In this document: positions 1 through 15,182 of the stretch, piece after piece | Layout: each line of letters opens with the position of its first letter | How positions within the stretch are numbered: position 1 is the first letter of the stretch | NCBI RefSeq assembly: GCF_000150275.1 | Contig: NW_002060949.1 | Location: 147,861-211,860, forward strand | DNA length: 64,000 bases | Reading direction: 5' to 3' | Origin: Trichoplax adhaerens | Taxonomy: Eukaryota > Animalia > Placozoa | The notes under the pieces: generated by a model | Database searches by the model: none | Seen by the model: only the letters and a program-made list of their open reading frames with translations | What the model was told of the DNA's origin: nothing | Position numbers and translations under genes: made by a program

Positions 1-3000
1 GGTAAAAGCCTTTCTTACGTATACAGTACTTACTATAAGGAACCTGTCGATATTGCTTTAGGGATATATTTTTCCTCTGACAGTCTGCTCAACGCCATAT
101 CACCTTGTAATGTCAGCTCAATCTTGATCATAATTTACAATCAAGTCTTCAATACTATTATTTCTCTAGATTTAGAGTCATTAGAATCATTAATAATCGC
201 ATAATGTATACAAGAATCGGTCTTTATATGGCAATTAGCATGATTAATCTTTCTTAACATCGTAGATCCTTGTCTGATATACTAGCTTAGTCATTTATCT
301 CATATTTCGAGCTTAAATTATAATTTGAGAATATTCGATTCATCATATTTAAAGTCTAATAGAAAGTTATAATAATATTGGATAGGACATCTATAATTAA
401 TTTCAAAATGAATTGATAGAATAATTGTATGGGCATTAGTCTTATATGCCATTCAGATTACAATCACGAGCTACATAAATCATATAGTACTCGTAAATCT
501 AGCAATCTGCATACGAATATATCGAATCACTGTTGATTAAAAAGTACTTACCATTGCTGATATTATACTATAATTTTATAGTTACGCACAGCATAAATGA
601 TCGTAACACTGACATAATACTTTTTAAATCGCTAAAACAATTCTTAATATTTTTCCCTTTAGCGTATCATATTTGTACATATGGTCGCGATCATACAAGC
701 ATTTACATCATACTTCGTTCTGAATAAATTTTTAATGGAATACTGAGATCTGATTTGAGCTGGTCGAAACATCTCCATTTTAAATATGATATTATAATAG
801 CTAAATATAGTTGTTGATTCTTTCCAAACTTGTTTTTATTTATCATTAAATAGTTAAGGGACTATTTTTGTTTGTTCTTGGGGTATTGTCAATATCATGC
901 CATATTGTATATCGTATGATTATACTCATATATCAAGGTAAATAAAAATGCTACTAACCAATAAAAATTTACAGTAAGTATGGAATACTGCGGCAATTGA
1001 TAATCCTCCAATTTTGCTTAATTATTTTTTTATTCTTGCATCGATTCCGGCTGATCCAAGTCAATAACGCCTCTAATTAGATCTAATCTTTAATATTAGT
1101 ATTTACTATATAGTACATAAGAAACCTTGGTATATTCGTATAGCTGCAACTATATAATAATATAACCAAATAATAAAATTATGATGCGCCTACACAATAG
1201 CAATACCGCTAAAAATAACTCCCTTAAGTAATTATGAGAGCTTTTTGATCAAACATCATCATTTTCACAAAGATTGCGTTCCAAAAACACATAATGCAAT
1301 AATGCATTGCTACTTTAAATATCTTTGTGGTTTTTTCATGCTGAAAAGTTAGCCACCCGGACCTCAACTGTCTGAAACATGATGGAAGAAGCTACTGTTT
1401 GAAATATTAATTTTTTCTATTTGGCAGCCATAGGAAGTGGTATTAGATATCAGACAGAGGCTAAATTATAACAATTACCGTTTTAGAGAGTAGAATTCAA
1501 CTGCACAGAAGTGCTATAAATACTTCTCATAAAGATCATATTATCATAAAGTAACATTTTTTCGGCATTTAATAACGTGATAATGTATATGTGTGCTATT
1601 GAAGCTGATTTATTAAGAATAATTCTGTCTAATATAACCAAATCGACGACCAAGAGATCGCAAGTAGGTGTCGTAAAGGCTATTTTGGTGGCTTATACAG
1701 CCAAAATAAAGGAGAAATAAGTTCTATCTATAATAGTCAACAGTTTTCTTCGTAAATAATAATCAATAACGAATAAAAAAATTCATTCCTAATCACTATA
1801 GCTGTTCTAGGATAACAAAGCAGTTTCTTATAGTTCTACAAATTACTGTCTCTGAAACTACTAAAAATTTGTACAATATGCATGATATAAATTGTATAAC
1901 CTCAAAAGTTCCAATAAAGTACAGTGCGATCTGGCTATTTTAAATACTTTTAATCATGGAGGGATCACTTTATTTCGCAATAATTCCGTTTTTAATCGTT
2001 TTTAGTCGCAATTAAAAGAAAAATCTTACAGCATTCTCCGAAATATATTGCATGTATATTGCTTTTGTTAATACAGTAGTACTACTAGATTAATGCAGGT
2101 TTATCGAATGAATCTTAAAATTTTCCCTTCGCCTTTATATTCGTCTTAGTACTAACAAAACAGTACTTGCTGATGATTTCATTTATATTAGTTTTCTGCT
2201 CGTACCTTACAGAAGTGTTGACTTTGCAATATATCCTACTACTTTCTGTGGAGTCAAAATATTAATTAACATATCTAATCTTCCCAATAAGAGCACCTAA
2301 GCGCTTAGAAAGTCAAAAAATTCGTGAACATCCGTGACCTTAAGTAGTAAAATTTATTGGTGTTGATAAGAAACATAATATAAAGTATTTTTAAACTAAT
2401 TCACTTTATGATTATTCTATTCTATATCGCTTTATACCTACAGATTAAATATAGTATTGATCAATCACCAACTTAATTAAAGTATCTATCTCACAATGGC
2501 CCATTACATAATACTTCTGAAGTATAACAGTTGGTGTATGTCATCCCTTCTGCAAGAGTTATTTAGCTCTTTAAAATTCGAAGTTCATCCATTGATATTG
2601 TCTTGAGTAGTAAAACTTGCTATTATTTGATCATAGTAAATACAGTGTAAGGTATTTGAGTTTACTCCGACTTAATCATATCAATGTCTATTTTGGATTA
2701 TCTTCCAAATCTTGCTTGGAAAGTTAATAAATCTCTAGACTGTAATATCTGCTACTTAGTAGAATCTTAAAATGAACTTATGAGCAGTTTCTGAAGTGCG
2801 CGTTAATCCATATCCACTACTTATCAGACTATCTTTAATTATGATAAATAACAAGCTGATGTAGTTATACCAAGCCTCATGTAATTACCATTTGTTGCTT
2901 ATAAACTTAAGGTAAAATTTTCGGAAAATCTTATCGGCCTTTCAGCCTTATCTTCCATCTATATTATTAACAACAACAGATTTTCAAAGTTAAATCCAAA

Positions 3001-4820
3001 TTCGTTATTTTGATCGCCGGTATATCCTCAAATCTACCTTATTTGAATACTCGTACTAGTTAATTATTTATTCTAAATTAATAAGGTATCGTACCGCGTA
3101 ATAATACTAAGAAGTCTACTTGTAATTTTAAAAATTGTTTGCATGATTAACAGATGACATCATCTGAAGGGTATCACTATTTATAGAAATTGGTTTTGAT
3201 ATAAATGTTTTCTATAGTTGAAAGCTTTCGAAATGACAGAAGTAGTTTTAAATAATTAAGACGATAAAGAACTCTAATATTGATATGACTGATTAGTAAT
3301 TCTAAAATCACTAACATTAGGTCAAATATACGTTTGATACATACGTATTAAGGAAAACCTGCTATCTAGAATTCGTCTGTTTTCACAGGATGTTGTTAAA
3401 AAGGATTTAAATATTGTATTCTGTTGCAAGTACTATATTCTGAATTGATAAAGATTAGATAAACATATTTGTCTAACATTAGATGATTTATGGCGGTTGA
3501 TTGACGAATTCTGATTAACTATATAACATTTAAGTATTTATTTAATCACGAGCTAATCACCCCTTTACAATGATGTAATAGTTTAAACCATTACAAGATA
3601 AATTATTAAGCTACCATTCGGTAATTAACAGACTTGCATGTTGTGAATATTTAGTGAAATATACCTTAAGATTATTTATTGCGAGCAGTTTTCTAATTTA
3701 ACACTGTCCTAATAAGACATTGTAAAATTAAGCTATAAATAAATGCTTAGCACAATGGACAACAAGGTTACTTTAGGTAAATGAGATTAAAATTCCGTCA
3801 TCATATGGTCACGTTTACAATTTCCTAGTCTGTCTCTATATTTATAAGGCTGATACCTAGGGCGGGTCAAAATTCTCACGCTACGAACACATGATATGTT
3901 GTCTCGTAGTGAACATTTCAAATCAAACACTAAAAGACTGTCTGCCTTGTCGCTGTATAAATAAATATCGCAGTCAACCAGTTTATAACATGAAATTAAA
4001 TTTATCGGACCGGTAGACTTTAATCTGGCGGTATAATCGAATGTAAATATTGTACAGTAAAGGCATAACGCAAAGATGTCTATAATTATTATAAGCACTT
4101 ATTTTAAAATTTTTCTGTCTCGTAAAATACTACCAAAGTAATTAAGGAGCCAAGCTGAAGATTCTTCAGTTATCGTACCCTTATTTTTGGAAATATGTAT
4201 GAGAACTATTTAAGCTAATATTTTGAAATATGTTGGTGCATAACAAAATTATAGAATTTGTGCGATATGTTTCAGAAGTGTTTCTCATAAAAATGTGCAC
4301 TAATCAGAATTCAATTAAAGCAAATTACATGTATGCTCGATATTACTGTATTTCTCATTATGATCGTTTAAAAATCGTAAAATTTGTGACGTGGAGTGAA
4401 AAGATTTCAGGAATTATTTCTATGTGCCAGCGTACCAGCCAGAATTTAACTATATTATAGTTAATTTTGTATTTCTACATTCCTCATAGAAATATTCTCA
4501 ATCAAGATCGTTTAAAATTTTTTCCTCACATAAAATACATACTAATCTTATGGCCTAATGCAGCAAAACTGTAAACTTAAAATCCTTCTATTTATTATTT
4601 TAGTACAATATAAACACATTACTCAAAAAAATAACTGTATTTTACCCATGACGCAATGATTAATGGCGTTCATGCGCAATAAAATCTATTTAATTGCCAT
4701 GTGAACTAGCTAACCCAAGTGCCGAGCATATATAAGGCATTCAATTTAGTTAGATTAATACATTCGATCAACGCAAAGCGTTCTACGATTATTCTGAACT
4801 ATGCTATTTATGGGATAATA

Positions 4821-7800
4821 ATGTCTAGAAATTACTGTATACCCGCTTATTTAGTTTCAACTGTACTCCTACTGGCATTAGCAGGAATTAGCTCTACAGG
4901 TAAGTTTCTTAGCATGACTTGAAAGATTTCTGATTCACTTTGCAAAGCCTATATTATAACTATGCCATTATAAATTCTACAATTTTTTACGAAGCAACTA
5001 AGATCTACACCATTTCTTAAATTTTACTCGATACCACATAAATGGTATCTTATAAATACACTAGATATCTGTTGTTCTCCTGAATTTTATAGCTATTAAA
5101 ATGTCTATTCTGATAAAAATGTTCGTTAGAACTACTTTTACGGAGGTGTAATAATTATAACTTATCATTGATCTGGAATAGTTAATATCTATACCGGCAA
5201 TCTGCTAAATTCTGTTCGATGCTAGCAAATAAATGATTAATACTAGGTTTATTTATTTGACCAACTTTTGAATGGCCGATAGAAATCGCTCATTTCCACG
5301 TTGTAAGTACACAGCCCTATTCTATCCAACTAGCCTGGCTACCTTTTGCTAATCAAACAACGAATTCAACCACAAACTATACCCTTGAAATAGCGCAAGA
5401 TTTCAAGGGAGAGTTTCATGGAGCATCGTGTACTGGTAGCCTGTCAGTGGCTGTTTGCATAGTCAGTGAAAATTTTACTACATTGACCTCGTTACAACCA
5501 TTTACTGAATATGAAGTCGCTATTTATGCTAATACTGATGATGGCCAAAATTCCAAAACAGTTTTACGCATCAAGACTAATGAAACAAGTCAGTATAGTC
5601 AGAAATCTAGCCAATTTTATAGTGAGAATGATATAACTATAGTGGCTATCATTGCATACAATGTCTTAACTTTGATACTGTAGGCTAAATGTACTAATAT
5701 TTTTCTATTTATAGCTCCATCCCAGCCAATTAGTAACTTGAATGCATATCCTATCAATGCTACAAGTATTCGTTTAACGTGGGATCCACCAGCTCAACCA
5801 AATGGAGTTATTGCTTATCGCCTCTATATATCCAATAATAACTTATCAAGGTTTCAAGCTTGTGATACCAATCAGACCTTTTGTAATATTGTTGATCTAC
5901 AAGAAGATCATAAATATCGAATATCAGTGACTGTGTATAATATAAAATATAATCTGATCCATCCTACTGAAATTATAACATCCGTAAAAACACCATCTGC
6001 GGGTAAGTTTAGATTCATATTTCCAGTGACTGAAAAATTATTCAATTATTTTCTATAGAAGTAGATAAGAAGGAACATTATCTAAGATTTTTATTTTATG
6101 ATTCTTTCATCTTACAGCTCCAAGCGCACCTCCTTCTTATGTTAGATTAAATGCATTAGGAGTTGATTCAATTATGGTAAATTGGGACTTACCTCCTCAG
6201 ATAGACAGAAATGGTGAAATAATCTCTGTTACCGTTCACTATGGAATAAGTTACAGTAAGAATATGATATCGATGACGGTCCCAGCCAGGCAAAGATCTT
6301 TAAAGTTGACAAAGCTACAGACTTTTACGTTATATTCCTTCAAAGCAACAGCAGAAACAGTTAATGGCAGCGGGCCAGCGAGTCCATTACAACAAATTCT
6401 TACTGATCAAGACAGTAAGTTTGCTTTCAACGCATATTAACGCAATAGAATTATAAATTTAAAATTTTAAAAGGAGGATTATTCTGAATAGTATATATCG
6501 TAAGATTTAATCTATGGTTGCATCCAAGAAATTACTGTTATAGCAAAATGTTATCAGAGAATTTTAAGTATCGCTATATTTCTATTTCAGCACCAACTGC
6601 AAGCCCTCATCATCCTAAAGTCTTTGATGAGACCAATACTACTGTTATGTTAGCCTGGCAGGTATTCAGATTAATACTATAAGTACAGTATACACATACT
6701 CGTATATGCATATTAGTAAACTGACAGTAATACCTATGAATAAATTTTGCTTAAGGAATAGAGGATTAATTATCATGATCGTGAGTTTTAACTTAAATTT
6801 AATAGGATCCTGATCTCCAACAATTAAGAGGAATTCTTCAAGGATACTACTTACATATTTTGGATCGAGATTTTAATATTTCACGTAAAGTCATTGTTAC
6901 AAAAGCTAATAGTAATATCAGTGATGGAGAACGTCGATATAAAGTTCAAAGGTTGAAACCATACTCAATGTACGAATTCGCGTTGCAAGCTTATACAAGT
7001 GCAGGTTTAGGACCAATTGGCCGACCTGGAATTGGAAAATTACGAGAAGGAAGTAAGTGTGATGATTTAAACAACAATTAACCACTTAATTCGTCTAAAT
7101 TACTTTTCGAATCTAAATTTTATTGATAATCTAATTCTTTCCTAGTAAGCATACTAAATAAAGTACCCAACACAGTTGAACAATTACAATAATTAATTTA
7201 TAAACATTCCCGATATTTGATTGCCCTAGTTCCAACCGGCCCTCCAACCAACATTACGGTTGAAAACATTGATAACGGTCGAAGAAGCATATTTATTCTC
7301 TGGCAGCCACCACTTCTTGAAAATCGCAACGGTTTTATCACCAAATACTGCATAATTATTGCAGAAGAAGCTAATCATACGCTGTTTTACAGCGATTGTA
7401 TTACAGTTGATGGCAATCCAACTGCAAAACAAACTTTACTGGTGACAAACTTAAAACCTTGGACATACTATCAGATCAAAATTTGTGCTGCAACAGCGAT
7501 TGGAAATGGAAATTTTAGTTCTCTTATTTCTCACAGAACACAACAGTGGGGTAAGTGAAATTTTAGATTACGATATTTTTGGCTGCATCTAATCTATTTG
7601 TAAAATAATATTATTGTATATTTGTATTTATAGCGCCTTTTAGCCCTCCTAGGAATATCACAGCCGATGCTGTATCTGCTTCCGAAATTAAAGTAAACTG
7701 GCAAGCTCCTAAGCTGCCGAACGGCATTATTGCCTATAAGTTAATAATGTATCAGAGCAATGAACAAGCGAAACAAGTTTATAATGGCTATAAAACTACA

Positions 7801-10800
7801 TTCAGTGTCAAAAATTTGAGGCCAAATAGGTGGTATACATTCTGTGTTTATGCTTATAACGTTGGTTATAATCTGCTTGGACCATCTAGTCAAAACGACA
7901 GTGCCAAAACACTTAAAGGTGAGGATCAAACCTTCATTATTAGCTATAAAGAGAAATTTGCTGGTATTATAAGCGAACTAATTGAATTTTACAATTGTAC
8001 TATATAACCACAGATCCGCCTGGTTCACCGGTTAATTTGTCTGTCATATCTGAGACATTCGATATCTTAACTGTATCATGGCTCCCACCAGAGTTTAATC
8101 AGGACATAGCACTTGCAACCTTATATGAATTATTTTATCGTAGTACACAATCATCAACGTGGTCGATAATAAACTTGAATGAAACACGAGCAGTTATTCC
8201 CGGCTTACATGCCTACACAGGATACGAAGTCAAAGTTAGAGCGATTAATCCTGCAACTAATCCATCCGAAGGAAATTTCAGTAAGCCTCGCATTAAATTC
8301 ACGCAACAAAGTGGTAAGGTGATATTTAATAAATTAAAATAATTTAGAGAACACATTAATCATGTATGACACTAAATTAAAAGTTCATCTAATTCCATTA
8401 ATTATTAATAGTTTCTCCATTGCTTTATACGATTTTATGCAGCTCCATCGGCATCACCAAGACATATAAACGCTACTTTAACTGAGCCTTCTAGCATTTT
8501 AGTATCCTGGCAAGAATTAATTCGTCAGGAACGAAATGGAATCATAATCGAATATCTTATCAAGTATAGTCATACTCCAAATCAATCTAAAGAGGTTCAA
8601 AGCCATGAAATTCGAGTGAATCGCGATGTAAGCGAATATACGTTACAGGATTTAAAATATTTCACCAAATACTCGATACGACTCGCGGCAAGCACATCTG
8701 CGGGTGTAGGCCCCTTTAGCCAACCTATCAATATTCAAACCAATCAAAGTGGTTAGCTATATAAAATTGTATTTTTGTTCTTAATCAATTATGGTGATGT
8801 TAAACTACAGTCTGTATTTGATAAAATTTCTATATATTTTTACACGACAGCACCTGCTGCATCACCGAAAAACGTAATTATTGTAGTCGAAAGCTCAACA
8901 AGCATGACCATTAATTGGTCTCCACCGCCAGTTGATAAACAGAATGGGGAAATTATATCTTATAAGGTACAATACCAAGCTAAAGGTGATGAATTAGCAA
9001 CGAAGATTTCAGTCAAAGGATCCGATCATAGTTGCAATCTTCACAATCTAACAATTAACACTCGGTACTTCGTGCAAGTTGCAGCTGCTACCATTATTGG
9101 AACTAGCCAATTTAGCGAAGTAGTGGAAGCTAAAACTAACGAAGACGGTAAGTACTTCATAGTTTAATTGGTATTATTGTAATTACAGATTTTTCACCAG
9201 TATATTTTGCCTGCCATAGTTAATTTATGACTAATCTATGCCCTTTTATTTTATAGTGCCTTGGAGCCCTCCCACTAAATTTAGTGGATCTCCTATCGAT
9301 CATCAATCAGTCAATGTTTCTTGGCTCCCTCCTGATAAACCAAATGGGCAAATTATTGGCTATAAACTTCGATATAATGAAGAAAGCTTAAACGAGATCA
9401 CTTATGTGAATATTTCTAATACAATTTCATATCAAGTTAAGGAACTTAAACCTAGTACCAGCTACTACTTTTCTGTAGCAGCTTTAACAGCTGTTGGTGA
9501 AGGCATATACACTAATCCTCTTCGAATTACTACGAAACGTTTAATTTGTAAGTAAATTTTGTATTCATTTTTAAGTAACAGGCACCTGTATTTATGTTAG
9601 TACTGTATATGTAATATTACGCAGCCTTCTGTATTATACCACTGAACGGTTTAGTTATTCTCCTGGGTATAAATTTAGATTTAGGAATAATTCTCTAGAC
9701 TCTGCGAATATTAGTAGTTAGAGTTACTATTTTAATTTTGTCCTCTGCTTGTAGGAATTTAATTAGATTGCGCAGTACATAAATACTTAACTATCTCTAT
9801 TAAGTGCTATTAATAATTTCACTTCATTCTCTACTAATAAGGATACTATAGAACATTGAGTCGTATTTAATTAATACCAGTATTCTTTATTTTATCGTGT
9901 CCTATTTCTGTTGAAGTTAATCTTTAGTTTTGCATTATAATATGATTTTAAATTAACCTTAACTTAAGAACTATTTCTTAAAGATTATAAGATATAGCTA
10001 CAAAGTTATCTTGCTTACCTAGTAGTAGTTGATTAGTGCATAAACTCTGGGCCAATTTCTATTATTAATGCCATAGATCCAAGCCCACCTATGCCAGCAG
10101 CAGTCCCACCTATTATTGTAATTATTATTATATTATCATTTTTGGTTGTGGTTACACCGATCCTTTTAAATCTGAACTGTACTGCAAAATTTCTTAAAAA
10201 ATATTCTAAAAGGTGATTGAAAAATTATATTCAAATTTCTTGTTCATCAGAAACTTAAACCACAATTTAATTTCTTATGACTCTGTCTGTGAACTCTTTA
10301 CTTAAAGCATTGCGAATTTTATCGAAGAGGAAGTAAAGACTATATTAAGCAAGGATGATTCTACTTCTGAATCATTACGTTTAATTTCGTCTTACGGAGA
10401 AAAAGGTAAATTTCTGTCGGAATTTTAATATATGAACAGCCGTCGTTTTTGCTAAAAAATTAATAAATAAATTCATATTTACTAATATGTTGATATAAAC
10501 TAGATGCTACACTAACTACTAAAAAGTACATTCAGAAAATTTATGAAATAGTTGAAAAAAAGAAGAAGGAATCACCGGTAAGGATTGAAATAATGAAATA
10601 TTCAATACTATTAGAATTTTTGCATGATTTCTCACGTTATGAATTTCTTTCAAGTCTCCTCCGGTGGTGTTAGGCACTTATGATATAAAGAAATATGCAG
10701 GCTCTTGTCGAGGCATTCTTGTTGAGGTATAGCTAATATTGGATACATTAAATATGATATTAATAGTTATTTAAGTAGGCAACTAAAACTGTTGTTATAA

Positions 10801-13800
10801 TATTTATAGGGGCATACGTGTACAAGAAAAGTTAAAAGTAACAAGGATCTACTTCCTGGAGGTAATATTTGTTCCTTAGTTTACAATCCAAGTTCACTGC
10901 TTTAATAACGAATTAGTTATAGCAATCATAATATTAAGATAATTGTAGGAATTTCAATGTCCATGCTATAAGTAAATGCTTTCTAATGAACACTATCTTT
11001 ATTATTGATCAATTAGCGTATTCAAAGTTGATTATTGCAATTATTAATGCCATTAAAATACTTTTTACAACTAAAACATTGTCTCCTTAAATTAAATTAT
11101 AGTTGAAGAGCGCTTTTCAAGTAATTCGGACGATGAACCTAGCACGTATAGTTATATCGCTATGGAATGTAAGATAAAATCATGAAACACAAAAAATTAT
11201 GTAAATTAAAAATTCTATATTATAATGTTATTAAATTAACTAACATATTTTTATATGCATAGGTCCTAATAATCAATCTGCTGGCCAATTCTTGCAGTGT
11301 TACATGAATCATGGAAGTTCTGTCTTAGTGTTACTTAGTGAGATAGACTGTTTCCTAGCTGTAAGTACTATCCTATTTTGGATACAACTTGTTGTGATTT
11401 TGATATAACAATGACTGCTCATAAATATTTAAAAATCAACAAAGATAATCTTTATCCATTTTCAATGTCTAATTGCTAATACAGCGATATTTTATCTAAT
11501 TTTTTTACCAATAAACTTAGGAAAATTTAACTAAAGGGTGGACAACCAATAGCATTCTAAAATTTGATTGTGTTGAATTAGTTGTCAACCACTGTCGTGA
11601 TTATTGTAAATATTCTGAATTTAAAGTTACTTTACGAAGGGTAAGAAATAAGAGTTAAGGCATTTGAAATGAGACTAACAAAGCCACTTAGATTTAAATT
11701 TATATCGTGACTCTGATTAAATTTTTATGGATAGGACGATGGTCTAGAAAAAACGATTGATATTTATTGGTATAGGGATTGGCAACATTACAAAATCGCA
11801 CCAAGTGATGTTATGTTTCGGTTGAATTTTATTGACAAGTCTTGGAAAGATCATATTCAGCGAATTTCCAAGAACAATAATCCCCTCTACATTGTAACGA
11901 GGTAGATGTTATTTTCTGATAGTAATGAAAGCCGATATTGCTATAGTATCTCACATTATTACTTTCTACAATTACAATAGTCAAAGTTATTTTACTGACT
12001 TTATTGATTGAATAGTCCTGGCTACCTCAGTGATAGCTTGGTCTATTTTGTGACTACCTCCGTTATTGAAGAGATTCAAACAAATGACTGCGTCAATATT
12101 CAAAAATATATGGAAAAAATTCATCAGGAAGATTTTTCTATTTTTCTAACCAAGGCAAGTTAATTTAAAATGCTTTTAAAGATGTTTCTCTCAAACCAAT
12201 TGATTAGTTGACTCATTTTTAGCTATTAATAACGATAAGATTTGATCATTTTAACCAACCTTGCAGTATTGTTATTTGCTACTCAGGTCCATGTTTGGAT
12301 GATATATAGTCTAGTAACACAAGCAATTGAGGGAGGACTAATAAATTATTCCTCGAATATTTTGAAAGATCTCAAGGAAGAATGCCTAAAGTACACATGT
12401 TGCATTGATGTTGTAGACTCAGACGGAACTGACGAAGAATTTCAGGCATGTTTTAGTATTAAAAATCTGATAAATTAGTTTTAGGAAATTCAATTTTTAA
12501 TCAACCGATCTATCTATGTAATCAAATCTATTAATACTTTTTTGTAATGATTAAACCTTATAGAAGCTAGATTATTCCATTTGTACGGAAGGATTAAAAG
12601 GTAATAACATATTCTTCGAATTTCAACTGATCTAAAATTATTATTCATTAAATGCATTCTGTCTTAACTCATAAGTTATCGTTAAACACTTGTGATTTTT
12701 AGTTTCAGGGCTTTTGCAATCTAATAAGATTAACAATTATAGCTTGGATGCCTATCATATCCAGGTTAGTTTGAATTTTACGCTAAGAAATTTCACCCCG
12801 TTTTAGTAGATTTTCTTTATCTGGGCAATTTTACCCGTTCGTAATCATGTATTTGCCTAGGATTTATCGGGTATACACGTAGTAGCTGCTACTGGTGTAG
12901 ACGAGGGGCCTACTGATCTGCTAAACTTGGCATGGGATGGTGACTATTCCGTAATTATAACGCTTTGCACTGTATGTTTCAAAGCATAGTTTTTGATACC
13001 TAGACAATTATTGATATTTTTCTTCAGGGATCTTTAAAAGTAGATTAAATAAGAATAACATTGTACTATAATTTACTAATATCTAGCTTGGGTGCCATCA
13101 TTCGAAAAGAAAATTTAAAAACTTTTCGGAAGCTGTTGAACGAGAAAATGTTCACTTCACTATCTCAAAGATGACTTTAACTGACTATGAGGTGAATCAA
13201 ATCTGAAGTATTACTTGTATATGCTAATGTGTCGCGACTTCTCTGTAAAAGTAGCTAGCATTACGAGTTTGATTAACTTTATTTATCATCCTACGCGTAA
13301 TATAGACAAATCAAAAGAAAGCTATCACTCATTACCATTATTTGCATTGGAGTCAAGATGATAAAGCTGTGGACGATCAAATCTATATTAATTACATTGA
13401 AGAAATTAAAAGAAATATAATAAAAGGTGGTAAAAATAGTTATCCCAAGATAATCGTTTTTTCCAGGTAAAAATCATATAGCCGTTAGCTGATGTGCAAC
13501 TCTCTTCACTGTGATTAGTTCAAATCTTTGGTAGGCTTACGGATAACTTTTATTTGTAACAATTTTAAATTTATATATTCTCGATATATTGTAGACATAC
13601 AAGTCATTGGAATCGAATTGGAGTTTTCCTAGGACTGTTCTATAGATCCGGGCTAGATAATTCAGCGAATGAGTCAGATATTCGATCAGATCGCTTTCAA
13701 GTTATGCATAGGTTAAAAAGTCAAAATAAAAAGATGATTGATAGACTGGTACGGCAATAATAGCAAAGCGAAATTCAGCTTCATTAATCATGATGATACT

Positions 13801-13888
13801 TCCTATTGAAATATGTATTTCTTTTCGTAAAATTTAGGAGCAATATCAATACTATTGTCGGCTAATGAAGATCTCTTCCACTGTATAG
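4821..13888 (+). CDS. Receptor-type protein tyrosine phosphatase-like protein (about 10 FN3 + TM + two degenerate PTP domains), multi-exon
   Basis: Signal-peptide exon 4821-4899 (MSRNYCIPAYLVSTVLLLALAGISST). FN3 exons at about 5283, 5715, 6118, 6591+6807, 7230, 7633, 8013, 8443, 8851 and 9256 with W...P.NG.I..Y and L.P.T.Y motifs. TM exon about 10077-10212 (PPIIVIIIILSFLVVVTPILL). Cytoplasmic exons splice in frame to PTP-like text: YIAMECPNNQSAGQFLQ, IDIYWYRDWQH, PLYIVTSPG, HYHYLHWSQD, KIIVFSRHTSHWNRIGVFL, MIDRL|EQYQY. TAG ends at 13888. Confidence 0.85.
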
Positions 13889-15182
13889 AATGCCCTTTCT
13901 ATTTATTGTTACTGCAGTTTATTGTAACTCTTATGCTTTAATATTTTAAAGATCTATTATAATATTGCAATAGACATACGACATAGATATTCATCTATTA
14001 CAATCTTTATCTTCTTGACGATGCATTTAATGCTTCCGTCACTGTCAAAGTGATTGTAATACAGAATATCCGCAGTAATTTTAAAAGTTATTGCATATAC
14101 TTTTCTTCGTCTATTTATAGATTTATTGAAGCATAATTGAATAAAGTGAAACTATTTATGAAAATATATCAGAAGAGTCAGATAATGTGGTTTTAGTTGC
14201 CATGTAGAGAATTGCACAAGGAGCTTAAGAAAAGAGGATACTTTATTGTCGATATTAGTTAGGTACAATGTGATAATTACGGTAGGTCAGCGTGGTAGCT
14301 GCCGTGAGTAAAGTGTGAATACTAACTGTTACTAATAATGCAACTTAAGAAATCTAAGGTAGAAAACGGTAGTATTTATAGCTATGGCATTAGAACACAT
14401 GCAGAGAACATGATTGTAGGATTAGATACAATATATACCATAACAGGTTATAGAATAGCAGATGATTGTAGAAAATAGCGAGGACTGTAATAACTAAATG
14501 TAGTAAGCCATATTTGAATGTAGAGCGAACAGACTGTAGATATGTCTAAATATAAGATCAATACAACATGTCTATATTTAAGAATAGAATATAGTTACAA
14601 TATATTCTAAATACACTACACAACTGTTATTCTTAAAGATTTGACTAAGTAATTCCGCCAATATGGACATCAAAATGAATGGAATGTCCGCCTATGTTTA
14701 ACTGGACAATGTAGCTGTACTGCACACATGTGGTACTATCCGAAGGTTTATATATATACAAAATAACGCACCTAGAATAAGAGCTGAAAACGATTTAGAT
14801 CGACATCTTTACATGATGGTATGCTTAACTACAAGTTCAAGGTTATTAGAATCAGGTATCTTCCGTGGACGTCATGTAATAGTCGATTACTACTCGTATA
14901 TTAGAATTTCTATCTTCGGATACATCAAATAATAGTAATAATAGTAATAGATGCGCTTATGTTGTATTGCACTATGAAGTGCAATACGGTTGCAAGGATG
15001 GCCTATAACATAACAGTTACAGTAAAAAGATAAGATAAAACGACTCTTTGTGCATACGCGCGTTCGTACTACGTTAATTAGCCGTATATTCTAGCGCTAG
15101 AGATACTAAATTGCAGAATTGGATGAATAGTCAAAGGGATCCTTATAGCCTATTGACGTAATTATGATAGCAGCTATGAATA

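Noticed and set aside
1-1410. Possible tail exons of an upstream gene (donor-like GGTAAA at 1, hydrophobic exon candidate 854-937, candidate exon about 1352-1410)
   Set aside because: No recognisable homology and no unique consistent frame; cannot be supported from this window alone.
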